NCBI GenBank assembly: GCA_963727625.1
Contig: CAVSHR010000005.1
Location: 288,001 to 352,000, forward strand
DNA: 64,000 nucleotides
Source of the DNA: an uncultured delta proteobacterium
GTDB taxonomy: Bacteria; Desulfobacterota; Binatia; UBA9968
Direction of reading: 5' to 3'
Part shown: one piece after another, positions 9,394 through 19,479 of the stretch
How positions within the stretch are numbered: the stretch's first letter is position 1
Layout of the letters: every line of letters begins with the position of its first letter
Program-made: the position numbers and the translations under genes
The notes under the pieces: generated by a model
Told to the model about the DNA's origin: nothing
Seen by the model: the letters and a program-made list of their open reading frames with translations, nothing else
Databases searched by the model: none

Positions 9394-11142
9394 TTACACG
9401 TGGGTGCCGAAGCGGGTGCTTAGCTTCTGCGCCGCAAAGGCCAGCACAATCAAACCCGCGGAAAAAACGCTGACGAACGCAGCCAAATCCACGAGTTGTG
9501 CGTCCTCCCACAGATCGAATATGAAAACGGACACCAATTGGGTTCCCGGACCCGCGAGGAGAACCGCGGTCGATAACTCCTTGATGCTCTGAAGAAAGAT
9601 CCACACCCACGCACCCGTTATGGCAGGCATCAACAATGGCAGCACGATGCGCCGGAACATGTAGCGCCAAGTCGCTCCACACATACGGGCACTTTCCTCG
9701 AGCTCCTTGTGAATCTGAAGAATGCCCGGGTAAAAGAATCGAACCGCATAGGGCAAATAACGAACAATGTAGGCGATGATGATAATCCACAAGGTTCCGT
9801 ATATGGGAATCGGCAGTGAAGCATAGGTCCGCAAGACCGCAAGCCCCAAAACCAGACCAGGAAACACCAGCGGAAAAGACACGAGCCCGTCCAGGGCCCA
9901 ACGCCCGGTCATCTTTGTCCGGATGACCGTCCAGGCGACGATGACCGTAATCAACACGGCAAAAGTAGAGCATGCCGCGCTGACAATGGCACTGTTCTTG
10001 AGGGAGGAAAGAGCCGCCGTGTTTCTGAACACCCTCGGGTAGTTTTCCAGGGTGAGGCGAGAGACTGCCTCCCAGGACGGCTGCATGGAAAACGGCAAAA
10101 AAGATACCCACAGCAATACGATGAGCGGAAGTATGATCAGGGTCGGCAGAATAAGCACGTACGCAATTGTCACGTACTTCCACCTGCCAATATCCAAAAC
10201 TCGTGGCCGAAATCCCTTACCGGTAATCGTCTGAAACTTATGCGCAGCACGTGTGGCCCGCGCGTAGGCGTACAATGCCGCTCCGACCAATGCCAGCAAC
10301 ACCACTGCGTAAGCGCTGGCCACACCATAGTCCGGCGTCGAGGTGAGCTCGAGGGAAATATAGATCTTGGTGATGGGCAAAATGACCTTGGCGGGTAATC
10401 CGATAAGCGCTGGAACTTCAAAGGCTTCCATCGACCGCACGAACGCCAGCAACAACACCGAAAGGATACTCGGCAACGCGAGCTTGAGAGTTATCTGGTA
10501 GGCGGTACGGACGGTTCCCGACCCGGACATGGCAGAGGCTTCCTCCAGGGACGGGTCCATGTGACGCAGGGGCGCAGCCATGAGCAGAAACACTAGTGGC
10601 GCCCAGAGAATTCCTTCGACGAAGATCATCCCGCCCATGGAGAACACGTTGAAGGGAACGTTCTGGAGATTGAACAGTTCCATGAGCGACGTATTGATGA
10701 TGCCCGCTTCGGGGCCCAGGAGAAGAATCCACGCGATACCCTTGGCCACGAGCGGAGTGGCAAAGGAAACCCAGGCGGCGATATAAACGAGACCGCGAAA
10801 TGGTGTATTGGTCCTTTCCACGATCCAAGCCAAGGGAATCCCGAAAATGAGTCCCAGCAAAGCACTCCCGGCGGCGAACACGAAGAGGTTGGTGAGCAGA
10901 GTGAAAGTGGTTGCTTCGAGAACGTTCTCGTAGTGTTCCAGGGTAATGGCGCCCTCGCCAAAGTAGCCAGGATCGACGCTCGTACGAACGAGAAAGAAAA
11001 GTGGCGGCACCACCAGGAAACCCAGCACGCATCCCATTCCGACCAGACCGAGCCACTGGGAATTAGGCGTCCAGGAAGCCAACGCCCCTATGCGATTCCG
11101 GAGAACAGTTTCCATCGAATCGCCACTAACAGAACTACTCAT
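9394..11142 (-). CDS. ABC permease, FbpB-type with duplicated transmembrane domain
   Basis: Two EAA loops (DPSLEEASAMSG and ELEESARMCGA); about 12 transmembrane segments. Confidence 0.93.
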   Translation of the reverse strand: MSSSVSGDSMETVLRNRIGALASWTPNSQWLGLVGMGCVLGFLVVPPLFFLVRTSVDPGYFGEGAITLEHYENVLEATTFTLLTNLFVFAAGSALLGLIFGIPLAWIVERTNTPFRGLVYIAAWVSFATPLVAKGIAWILLLGPEAGIINTSLMELFNLQNVPFNVFSMGGMIFVEGILWAPLVFLLMAAPLRHMDPSLEEASAMSGSGTVRTAYQITLKLALPSILSVLLLAFVRSMEAFEVPALIGLPAKVILPITKIYISLELTSTPDYGVASAYAVVLLALVGAALYAYARATRAAHKFQTITGKGFRPRVLDIGRWKYVTIAYVLILPTLIILPLIVLLWVSFLPFSMQPSWEAVSRLTLENYPRVFRNTAALSSLKNSAIVSAACSTFAVLITVIVAWTVIRTKMTGRWALDGLVSFPLVFPGLVLGLAVLRTYASLPIPIYGTLWIIIIAYIVRYLPYAVRFFYPGILQIHKELEESARMCGATWRYMFRRIVLPLLMPAITGAWVWIFLQSIKELSTAVLLAGPGTQLVSVFIFDLWEDAQLVDLAAFVSVFSAGLIVLAFAAQKLSTRFGTHV

Positions 11143-11255
11143 GGTGTTTGCGTAGCGAAAGCATCCAGATGTGCACCAATCAGAGCGCGCGCAGCGAGGA
11201 GCCGCGCCTAAAGCGGCACCCTAGCTGCTGCCGCCCTACGCTCTTTTGGGATGCC

Positions 11256-12341
11256 CTATTTCCCTTCCACGAACTTCTCCACGAATATTTTGTTCCACCC
11301 CTTTTGTGTCTTGATCGGATCTTTCACGAGCTGATAGTAGAACTTCTTGAACGAACGTGATGCGATACCTCGACCTGCCATATCTTTTCGAGGTGAAGCG
11401 TAGCGTGGGTCACGCGCTTCCGCACCAGCTTTGGACAGAGTGAAGTCGATGAACAACATGGCGGCGTGCGGGTGTGCCGCATTTTTCCCCAACATAATTC
11501 CCGCCAGGGAGCAACCCACGGGTTCCAAAAAAGCAACTCCTATCGGCGCCTTTTTCGCCACGCTCGCGGCTGCGGTGGAGGTATAGGTGGCGGGCGTCAT
11601 GGGCACTTCGCCAGCGACCACCAAACTACCCAGGGCACCACCCGATATTTTCTGTACCCGAACATCCTGCTTGGCCAGCTTGTCGAGGAATTCTTTGCCC
11701 TGATGGATGAGCACGTTACCCACAAAGTATGAGCCCGTAGTTGAAGTGGGCAATGTCATCTTACCTTTGAATACCGGCTTTAGGAGATCCTGATAGGTCT
11801 TGGGTGCGTCCTTTTTGGAAATCTTGTTGGTGTTGTACATGGTGACGATGCAGGTTTCCCAGTGACCGGCCCAGAACGGAAGCTTGCCGCCCGGTTCTGT
11901 TCTCGTTGCACCCTCTTCGAGAGCCGCGAGCTCCGGCGAATAGTATGGCTGGGTAATTCCGCGACCTTCGAAAAAGAACGGACCATTGTGTCCAATCACG
12001 TCAACCTTCATATTGCCGGAACGCTGTTCTTCGAAGAGCCGCGTCACCAGCGCCCTGCCGTCTGCTCGAAAGTAGTCGACCTTAATATCCGGATATTTTT
12101 TGTTGAACGCCTTGATGGTAGGGAGCACATTGGTCGGAACCGTCCCAGAGGTGAACCAGGTGACCGTCCCCTCCTTCTTGGCCCCTTCTTCCAGGATCTT
12201 CTGCCGGTCAGGTCCCCGATATGCTGCCAACTCACCCACGGTCTTTGGCTGGGCACTTGCAGGATCGAGCCACACAAACGACGCAGCAACCGCCAGCAGA
12301 GCTGCAACGGCAATAGTCACAACAGAAATCAAATGCTTCAT
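11256..12341 (-). CDS. ABC substrate-binding protein (AfuA/FbpA-like family)
   Basis: Signal peptide MKHLISVV...ASA after RBS AAGGAG; AKKEG, YNT, PKTYQDLL and HPHAAMLFIDF motifs. Confidence 0.9.
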   Translation of the reverse strand: MKHLISVVTIAVAALLAVAASFVWLDPASAQPKTVGELAAYRGPDRQKILEEGAKKEGTVTWFTSGTVPTNVLPTIKAFNKKYPDIKVDYFRADGRALVTRLFEEQRSGNMKVDVIGHNGPFFFEGRGITQPYYSPELAALEEGATRTEPGGKLPFWAGHWETCIVTMYNTNKISKKDAPKTYQDLLKPVFKGKMTLPTSTTGSYFVGNVLIHQGKEFLDKLAKQDVRVQKISGGALGSLVVAGEVPMTPATYTSTAAASVAKKAPIGVAFLEPVGCSLAGIMLGKNAAHPHAAMLFIDFTLSKAGAEARDPRYASPRKDMAGRGIASRSFKKFYYQLVKDPIKTQKGWNKIFVEKFVEGK

Positions 12342-12616
12342 TATTCTTTCCTCCTTAGACGCTAACACCCAACCACTCGAGTCGGACTCCGACGCTAGAA
12401 CCAAAGTCAGCGCTTGCTGTATAGGAAATTAAAACACCCCTTTTTTCTTGACCGAGCAATATCGCCGGACCGGGGAGCTGTCAATCCCCTTTCTGTTTGA
12501 TGAAAAGTCCAGTTTTACTTCGGCTGGATTGGTCCGCCATAATTGGAATAGATCGAATCGCCGTGCCAGCGCGTATTGCCAATTTCGCAGTAGATGTTGC
12601 TACGTCCGACAGGCTG

Positions 12617-13843
12617 CTAGGGTTTCGAAGTGGTAACGTCCCAGTGACTCGCGCGGACAACGCCCGCCTGTTCAAGTTCGCTAATCTCGGTGTCGCTACA
12701 CCCAATGCCATGGAGAACTTCTACGGTATGCTCGCCTAACACGGGCGCAAAGTGGCGAAAAGTCGGCGGCGTGTCGGACAACCGGAAAGGGGAAGAAAGT
12801 TGCCGAACCTTTCCTTCCAGCGGATGGTCCAACTCCAGCACCATCCCGCGCTCCTTCGCAAACGGTCCTTCAAGCACTTCGTCGAATTCCAGCATCGGCA
12901 CAACCGCGATCTCCTTGGGGATAAGCTCCAGCCATTCATCGCGTGTCTTTGTAAGCATGTGCGCTTTGACTTTGCGTATCAAATCCTCGTTGCCGACGGG
13001 CCTCGTATCTCGCAGTTCTGGCAACCCCACCGCATCGCAGAAGGGAGCCCAGAAATGCGCCTGTGCCGATGCCGCACTGCTCAGGTATTTCCCGTCTTTG
13101 CATCTCAAGTTGCCGATGCTTGGGAAACCGCGCCGGCGGACGCTCTTTTTGCGGAAGTAGTCGGGTACGTTGGCATTCACGAATGCAGTGCCTCCTTCCA
13201 CCAGGGCGATGTCGACCTGTTGTCCGCGTCCGGTTTGCTCCCGCGCCCAGAGAGCGGCCTGGATCGATATCACTGCCAATGCAGCAGAATAGCTGTCCAC
13301 AGGCTGGAAGAGCATGTCCGCGGGCTCGCCGTCCTGCGCCGTCGTTAACGCGCTAACGCCGGACATCCCTTGCGCGTTGCGCTCGTTGCCGGGCCATTCA
13401 GTAAAGCTGTTGCCGAAGCCGTAACCGCTGAGCGTGGCGTAGATCAACCGAGGGTTGATCTTGCTAAGCGTCTCGTAGTCCGCGCCCAACCGCTTATAAA
13501 CACCGAGACGAAACGAACCAAAGAAGACGTCTGCGTCTGCGACCAGCCGATGGAAGATCGCTTGGCCTTCCGGCTTCTGGAGGTTGATAGCTATGCTGCG
13601 CTTATTTCGGTGGGTGTGGTCCCAGGCATTAGACCGGGCCTCACCTTCCAGCGCTTCCAGATTAACGGAGATGTTGTCCCTCGATGCACGGGCTGCCTGT
13701 TGATCGCGATAGTCGCTCCGGTCGGCGACGTCCTCGATTTTCAGAACATCCATTCCAAGATCGGCAAGCATCCACGTTGCCATGGGGCCTGGCACCAGCC
13801 TTGTCAGATCGAGCATGCGAAAACGTTCTAGCGGAAGCGTCAT
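12617..13843 (-). CDS. family III CoA-transferase (CaiB/BaiF)
   Basis: LDLTRLVPGP...LADLG...KIE, RNKRSIAINL, INPRLIY, SGYG motifs; conserved Asp in PVD; C-terminal APVLGEHT. Confidence 0.93.
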   Translation of the reverse strand: MTLPLERFRMLDLTRLVPGPMATWMLADLGMDVLKIEDVADRSDYRDQQAARASRDNISVNLEALEGEARSNAWDHTHRNKRSIAINLQKPEGQAIFHRLVADADVFFGSFRLGVYKRLGADYETLSKINPRLIYATLSGYGFGNSFTEWPGNERNAQGMSGVSALTTAQDGEPADMLFQPVDSYSAALAVISIQAALWAREQTGRGQQVDIALVEGGTAFVNANVPDYFRKKSVRRRGFPSIGNLRCKDGKYLSSAASAQAHFWAPFCDAVGLPELRDTRPVGNEDLIRKVKAHMLTKTRDEWLELIPKEIAVVPMLEFDEVLEGPFAKERGMVLELDHPLEGKVRQLSSPFRLSDTPPTFRHFAPVLGEHTVEVLHGIGCSDTEISELEQAGVVRASHWDVTTSKP

Positions 13844-14329
13844 CTCGTTGTCTCCTTATTCTCTCGTCCATTTAGCTTTAACATGGCCGCATCGGCGCGC
13901 AATCAATCGCACGATTATTTTGATGAAAATCGCGCTGTTGCGGGGATGGTTCACACCAGGTATCGGCTCAGCCGGTTGATTGCGTCACTCTAAATCAGCA
14001 AGCCGAAATCGCACACGCATAATCCGCGAGTCGGCAACAAATCCGGTGAAACTTGTCCGTTGCGTCTTACAATTTGATCCTGGTGATCATTGTGTCATCG
14101 CGTCGGAGACGGATATCAGATTTGAATCTTTATTACGCCAAGCATGTCCTGAGTCTCGTCGAAGGGACGCCCAGCTCACACAGTTAGATTTCATCGTTGA
14201 CGCCACCAACCACCTGAAGTAATAGTCAGCTCACCCGCCGGGGGAGCCTGTTGCGACGGCGTAACTTGATCCTGTCATACTTATGGTTTCTCCGGCGGCG
14301 AACATCTCCGTTTCGTTCTCTTTGTTTTT

Positions 14330-17300
14330 ATGGCAACCCCGACCAAAAAAGGCTCTAAGAATACCAAGGCAAAACCGCGCCGTGCCGTGGTAAAAACATC
14401 GCCGCCTAAACGAGCGCAGACGATTGCCGAACTACGCCGGGAACTCGCCCAATCTTTGCAGCGGGAGAATGCCACCGCCAAGGAATTGCGCGAGGCGCTG
14501 GAGCATCAAACGGCAACGGCCGAGGTGCTCGGCATCATCAGCCGCACGCCTACGGACGTGCAGCCGGTGCTCGACGCCATCGTTGAGAGCGCCGCCCGGG
14601 TTTGCGGAATAGACGACGTGATACTACGGCTCCGCGAGGGAAACGTTGCCGTCCCGCGGGCTCATTTTGGTTCAATACCCATCCACCGCGTTGAGATCAG
14701 TATTGATGAGCCTTATTTTCAATGGATACGCGAGCACGGCGTGCTTCATATTGCGGACATCCGCAAGCAAGACAAGCTGCCATTGGCGAACTTTTCTGGC
14801 AGCTGGCGCACTGTCGTATATGCCCCCCTTCGCCAGTATGGAGAAGTCATTGGATATCTCACCGCACGGAGAATTGAGACGCGTCCCTTCACCCCGGCAC
14901 AGATCAAACTGCTCGAAACTTTCGCCGGCCAGGCCGTGATCGCGCTTCAGAACGTGCGGCTGTTCAACGAGCTAAAGGAGTCACTGGATCAGCAAACTGC
15001 CACGAGCGAGATTTTAGGGGTCATCGCCAGCTCGCCGACCGATATTCAGCCTGTGCTGGACACAGTGTCCGAAAACGCACTGCGTGTTTGTGGAGCGGAA
15101 GACGCGCAAGTCTGGCGTCTAGACGGGAACACCCTTAGGCTTGTCGCTAAATACGGTTCACTGCCATCACGAGAGGTTGGGTCTGAGAGACCGCTAAATC
15201 GCGGCTCAGTGATCGGGCGAGCGGTGATCGATCGACAGACTGTTCATGTACAAGACTTCGCGGCAGCTGCGGCTGAATTCCCTAGCGTGCGAGGCTTAAT
15301 TGGGCAGCGGGGTACCGCGCTCGCCACGCCTTTGCTGCGCGAGGGTGTACCGATTGGGGTGATTCATATTCGCCGGATGGAGGTGCGCCCGTTCACTGAC
15401 AAGCAGATCAAGCTCCTTGAAACGTTTGCCGATCAGGCCGTTATTGCAATCGAGAACGTGCGGCTGTTCCAAGAACTCAAGGAGTCGTTGGAGCAGCAAA
15501 CTGCAACGAGTGAGATTCTGGGCGTTATTGCCAGCTCGCCGACCGAAATCCAACCAGTCATGGACACCATCGCGGAAAATGCGGCCCGAGTCTGCGGCGC
15601 GGACGACGCGGTGATTCGGCTCCTCGAAGGGAACGTGCTCCGACTGGCTGCCCACCACGGCTATATTCCTAGTGTGCCGCTAGAACGATCACTTGACCGT
15701 GGCTCGATAAGCAGCAGAGCGGTTGTCGACCGCCAGATAATTCACATCGAGGATGCGGCTTCTGTGCCAGCGGCAGAGTTTCCGCAGTCCGAGCCTGATC
15801 GAGCACGAGTTGGCGTTCGAACTGCTCTTGCCGTGCCCCTGATGCGAGAAAGTCAGCCAATTGGGGTTATCTTGATTCGCAGAGTGGAGGTCCGGCCTTT
15901 CTCTGACAAACAGATCGCTCTCCTCAAGACCTTCGCCCATCAGGCGGTGATCGCTATCGAGAACGTGCGGCTGTTCAACGAGCTAAAGGAGTCACTGGAT
16001 CAGCAAACTGCCACGAGCGAGATTTTAGGGGTCATCGCCAGCTCGCCGACCGATATTCAGCCTGTGCTGGACACAGTGTCCGAAAACGCACTGCGTGTTT
16101 GTGGAGCGGAAGACGCGCAAGTCTGGCGTCTAGACGGGAACACCCTTAGGCTTGTCGCCAACTGCGGTTTACTGCCGGCACGGCCTATTGGTTCCGAGCG
16201 CCTGGTAGACCATGGCTCAGTCACCGGGCGAGCGGTGATCGAGCGGCAGACTGTTCATGTACAAGACTTCGCGGCAGCTGCGGCTGAATTCCCGAGCGTG
16301 CGAGGCTTAACTGGGCAGCGGCGTACCGCGCTCGCCACGCCTTTGCTGCGCGAAGGCATCCCAATTGGGGCTATTTTGATTCGTCGACTTGAGGTTCGAC
16401 CGTTCACTGACAAGCAGATCTCCCTCCTCAAAACCTTTGCGGATCAGGCAGTGATTGCCATCGAAAATGTCCGCCTTTTCCAGGAGATCCAGGCACGCAC
16501 CCGCGAGCTGGCTCGTTCGGTAGGAGAACTCAAAGCCCTGGGAGAAGTCAGCCAAGCCGTCAGCTCGACACTGGATCTTGAGACCGTATTGACGCGCATT
16601 GCCTCCCACGCCGTACAGCTTACCGGAGCGGCCGGTGGTGCGATCTACGAGTTCGACGAAGCTACCGAAGAGTTTACCCTTCGGGGCAGCCACCAGATCG
16701 AGAAAGAATTTGTCGAGGCGCTGCGTGCCAATCCGATTCGGCTCGGGGGAGGCGCTCTGGCCCAAGCGGCATCGAGCGGAGCCCCGGTTGAAGTTGCAGA
16801 GATTCTCGACGAGCGGGATGCGACCGCAACGCAACTGCGTCTTGTATTACGACAGCTCGGTTATCGTTCTTTGCTGGCGGTGCCGCTGCTTCGCGAGGGG
16901 CGGATCATGGGAGGGTTCACCATTTACCGGCGCACCCCGGGAAGCTTTGCGCCGGAAGTTGTGAATCTGCTTCAGACCTTTGCCACACAATCGGTCCTGG
17001 CAATCCAGAACGCCCGGCTGTTCCGGGAGATCGAGGACAAGAGCGAGCAGATCGAAGCGGCTAATCGGCACAAGTCGGAATTTCTCGCCAACATGTCCCA
17101 TGAGCTTAGAACCCCGCTCAACGCCATCATCGGCTTCTCGGAGGTCCTGCAGGAAAAACTGTTTGGCGAGCTAAACGAGAAACAAGCCGAGTACACCGAC
17201 GATATTCTCACCTCCGGCCGCCATTTACTTTCACTCATCAACGAGATTCTCGATCTATCCAAAGTCGAGGCCGGACGCATGGAGCTGAAGACCGCTACGT

Positions 17301-17749
17301 TCGATCTTCCCTTGGCAATAGATAACGCCCGCACCTTTGTCCGCGAACGCGCCACCACGCACGGCATCACGCTGGATGTAAAAGTCGACGACCGTCTTGG
17401 CGACATCGTCGGCGACGAGCGCAAGATCAAGCAGATACTGCTCAATCTGCTCTCCAACGCGGTCAAGTTCACCCCGGAGGGGGGACGGATCGGGATTGAC
17501 GCCAGGCAGACTGACGGTGTCGTTGAGATTTCCGTAACTGACACGGGAGTCGGCATCGCCCCGGAGGACCAGCCCAAGATATTCGAGGAGTTCCGCCAGG
17601 TGGGCAGTGACTATGCGCACAAGAGCGAGGGAACGGGACTCGGTTTAACGCTGGCCAAGAAGTTCGTGGAACTCCATGGGGGAAGGATTTGGGTGAGAAG
17701 CGAGGTAGGCAAGGGATCGACGTTTACTTTTACGCTACCCACCCACTGA
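14330..17749 (+). CDS. soluble five-GAF sensor histidine kinase
   Basis: Repeated QQTATSEIL...LLxTFAxQAVIAIENVRLF GAF units, H-box FLANMSHELRTPLN, N-box NLLSNAVKFT, and DTGVGI and GTGLGL G-boxes; no transmembrane segment. Confidence 0.95.
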   Translation: MATPTKKGSKNTKAKPRRAVVKTSPPKRAQTIAELRRELAQSLQRENATAKELREALEHQTATAEVLGIISRTPTDVQPVLDAIVESAARVCGIDDVILRLREGNVAVPRAHFGSIPIHRVEISIDEPYFQWIREHGVLHIADIRKQDKLPLANFSGSWRTVVYAPLRQYGEVIGYLTARRIETRPFTPAQIKLLETFAGQAVIALQNVRLFNELKESLDQQTATSEILGVIASSPTDIQPVLDTVSENALRVCGAEDAQVWRLDGNTLRLVAKYGSLPSREVGSERPLNRGSVIGRAVIDRQTVHVQDFAAAAAEFPSVRGLIGQRGTALATPLLREGVPIGVIHIRRMEVRPFTDKQIKLLETFADQAVIAIENVRLFQELKESLEQQTATSEILGVIASSPTEIQPVMDTIAENAARVCGADDAVIRLLEGNVLRLAAHHGYIPSVPLERSLDRGSISSRAVVDRQIIHIEDAASVPAAEFPQSEPDRARVGVRTALAVPLMRESQPIGVILIRRVEVRPFSDKQIALLKTFAHQAVIAIENVRLFNELKESLDQQTATSEILGVIASSPTDIQPVLDTVSENALRVCGAEDAQVWRLDGNTLRLVANCGLLPARPIGSERLVDHGSVTGRAVIERQTVHVQDFAAAAAEFPSVRGLTGQRRTALATPLLREGIPIGAILIRRLEVRPFTDKQISLLKTFADQAVIAIENVRLFQEIQARTRELARSVGELKALGEVSQAVSSTLDLETVLTRIASHAVQLTGAAGGAIYEFDEATEEFTLRGSHQIEKEFVEALRANPIRLGGGALAQAASSGAPVEVAEILDERDATATQLRLVLRQLGYRSLLAVPLLREGRIMGGFTIYRRTPGSFAPEVVNLLQTFATQSVLAIQNARLFREIEDKSEQIEAANRHKSEFLANMSHELRTPLNAIIGFSEVLQEKLFGELNEKQAEYTDDILTSGRHLLSLINEILDLSKVEAGRMELKTATFDLPLAIDNARTFVRERATTHGITLDVKVDDRLGDIVGDERKIKQILLNLLSNAVKFTPEGGRIGIDARQTDGVVEISVTDTGVGIAPEDQPKIFEEFRQVGSDYAHKSEGTGLGLTLAKKFVELHGGRIWVRSEVGKGSTFTFTLPTH
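14949..16158 (+). repeat. intragenic direct repeat: about 199 bp identical (14949-15147 and 15960-16158)
   Basis: Base-for-base identical segments offset by 1011 nt at the starts of GAF2 and GAF4. Confidence 0.9.
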
Positions 17750-17889
17750 TTTTGGATTTTCGATTGCCGATTTTGGATTGAGGAAGCCGGAAAGAATATT
17801 ACTCGCGCAAAGAGCGCAAAGGACGCCAAGGGGGAACGAAATAAAGCGAGCGGGGCGTGGCTTTTGCGAGCTTAGCGTGCGTGGCGCGA
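17748..17889. repeat. intergenic 7-mer (GATTTTG-like) array and inverted 9-mer (CGCAAAGxx) arrays
   Basis: gattttggattttcgattgccgattttggattg, then cgcaaagagcgcaaaggacgccaag ... tttgcgagcttagcgtgcgtggcgcg. Confidence 0.75.
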
Positions 17890-18081
17890 TAATTTTTCTT
17901 AAACTCGTTCTGTTTAACGATGTTACTATCTAACGCTTGGCCGCAGCGCGCCGGTAACTATCGTACAGAGAAATAACCAGTCGTCACCGATGCTGAAAAG
18001 ATAACCTTACGGTGGGAATAACCATGCTGTTCTACAAGGCCGCCACGCATATGTGCGAATCAACCGATAGAGGATGCCACT

Positions 18082-18837
18082 ATGAATACCCGAAATGTGC
18101 CGGACTCGATTGGTCCGCAGGTCGCTAACATCGTGCGGGCCGGCAAAGTTCGGGTCGGCCTGTTTCCCCCTCAGTACACCAAGGATCCGGTAAGTGGTGA
18201 GCCAACCGGGAGTCTGTTTATTGAAATCGGACGCGCGCTGGCAGCACACCTCGGCGTGGAGGCCGAGCTGATGGGATATCCGACTCCTCCTAAATTTTTC
18301 GAATCCCTCAAGGCCGGCGCGTGCGATGTGGGGTTCGCGGGGACCGAGCGCGCGGGTGAAATAGACTGCTCGCCGCCATTCATGGAGCTGGACTACACCT
18401 TCCTCGCGCCCGCTGGGTCGCCAATCCGCAGCGTCGCCGACGCGGATCGGTCCGGGGTTCGAATCACGGCCGTGAGCCATCACCTTTCAACCACGGCTCT
18501 GCGCCGGAAACTCAAACAAGCCGAGATGGCCGGCACCGAGACCCCAGACGGCGCATTCGACCGTCTGCGTTCCGGAAACGCGGATGTATTCGCATCGGTC
18601 CGTCCCGTGCTTTTGGGGTATGCCAACCGACTGCCCGGCTCACGAGTGCTTGACGACCGCTACGGTGCCAACCTCGTAACGATGGTGGTTGCGAAGGATC
18701 AAGAGGGATGGCTAGCCTATATCAGCGACTTCATTGAAAAGGCGAAGGCGTCAGGAGTGGTGCGGCAAGTAATCGACAGGGCCGGCTGGCACGGCGTCAA
18801 TGTCGCGCCCCCGGCAAATCTGAATACGCAGAAGTGA
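18082..18837 (+). CDS. amino-acid-type ABC substrate-binding domain protein (family 3), orphan
   Basis: GKVRVG, CDVGF, PPFMELD and DADRSGVRI motifs; no obvious signal peptide. Confidence 0.8.
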   Translation: MNTRNVPDSIGPQVANIVRAGKVRVGLFPPQYTKDPVSGEPTGSLFIEIGRALAAHLGVEAELMGYPTPPKFFESLKAGACDVGFAGTERAGEIDCSPPFMELDYTFLAPAGSPIRSVADADRSGVRITAVSHHLSTTALRRKLKQAEMAGTETPDGAFDRLRSGNADVFASVRPVLLGYANRLPGSRVLDDRYGANLVTMVVAKDQEGWLAYISDFIEKAKASGVVRQVIDRAGWHGVNVAPPANLNTQK

Positions 18838-18897
18838 GTCTGTCATTCGGGACAAAATGGGGTTCATTTCGATTTACCAGCAAAGGAGGATCTATAC

Positions 18898-19191
18898 ATG
18901 GCTGCTTACGTAATCGTGCGTGTCTTGGAAATGCGTAATACGGCTTGGCGCGAGGAATATGCACCGAAGACGGCGGCACTGGTGCAGAAACATGGTGGCA
19001 AGTTTCTGGTGAGGGGCGGCGCCAAGGAGAGCCTGGAGGGAGGCGGCAAGCTGCCGGTCAATATCGTCGTCATAGAGTTTCCGTCCATGGAAAAAGCCAA
19101 GGCGTGGCACGACGACCCTGCTTATGCGCCGTTGATCAAGCTGCGACAATCGGGCTGTGATGCCGAACTTGTTCTGGTTGAAGGTATCTAA
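18898..19191 (+). CDS. DUF1330 family protein
   Basis: MAAYVI...HGGKFLVRGG...LEG...VVIEFPSMEKAKAW...Y motifs; RBS AGGAGG. Confidence 0.92.
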   Translation: MAAYVIVRVLEMRNTAWREEYAPKTAALVQKHGGKFLVRGGAKESLEGGGKLPVNIVVIEFPSMEKAKAWHDDPAYAPLIKLRQSGCDAELVLVEGI

Positions 19192-19479
19192 GCCCTCACC
19201 TGGTTTGACATTATCGATTCATCTTTGATAGCGGCTAAGATACTTCCTTCCGCAGTAACCGGCTCCCTCAATTCTATCGAGATCGGCGAGGCAATACATC
19301 ATGTTACGTCGAAGGAGCAATTCTAACAGAATTGTTTGAAGCCAGCCGCTCCGGTGATTTAACCTGCCAGAGTTGCTGGCTTGTTTATTTCTTAAATAGG
19401 CCGTTAGCAGCATTCTTGGGGTCTCGGTGACCATGCCTCAATACCGATTTTTTAACCGTTAGATAAAGGAGAGCAGCTT

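Noticed and set aside
12551-12569. Sigma-54-like TGGCACG on the minus strand upstream of the binding-protein gene
   Set aside because: The -12 element reads TTCGA rather than TTGC.
14949-16158. GAF repeat considered as a DGR template/variable repeat pair
   Set aside because: Both copies are in-frame coding sequence, the differences are not adenine-specific, and there is no reverse transcriptase.
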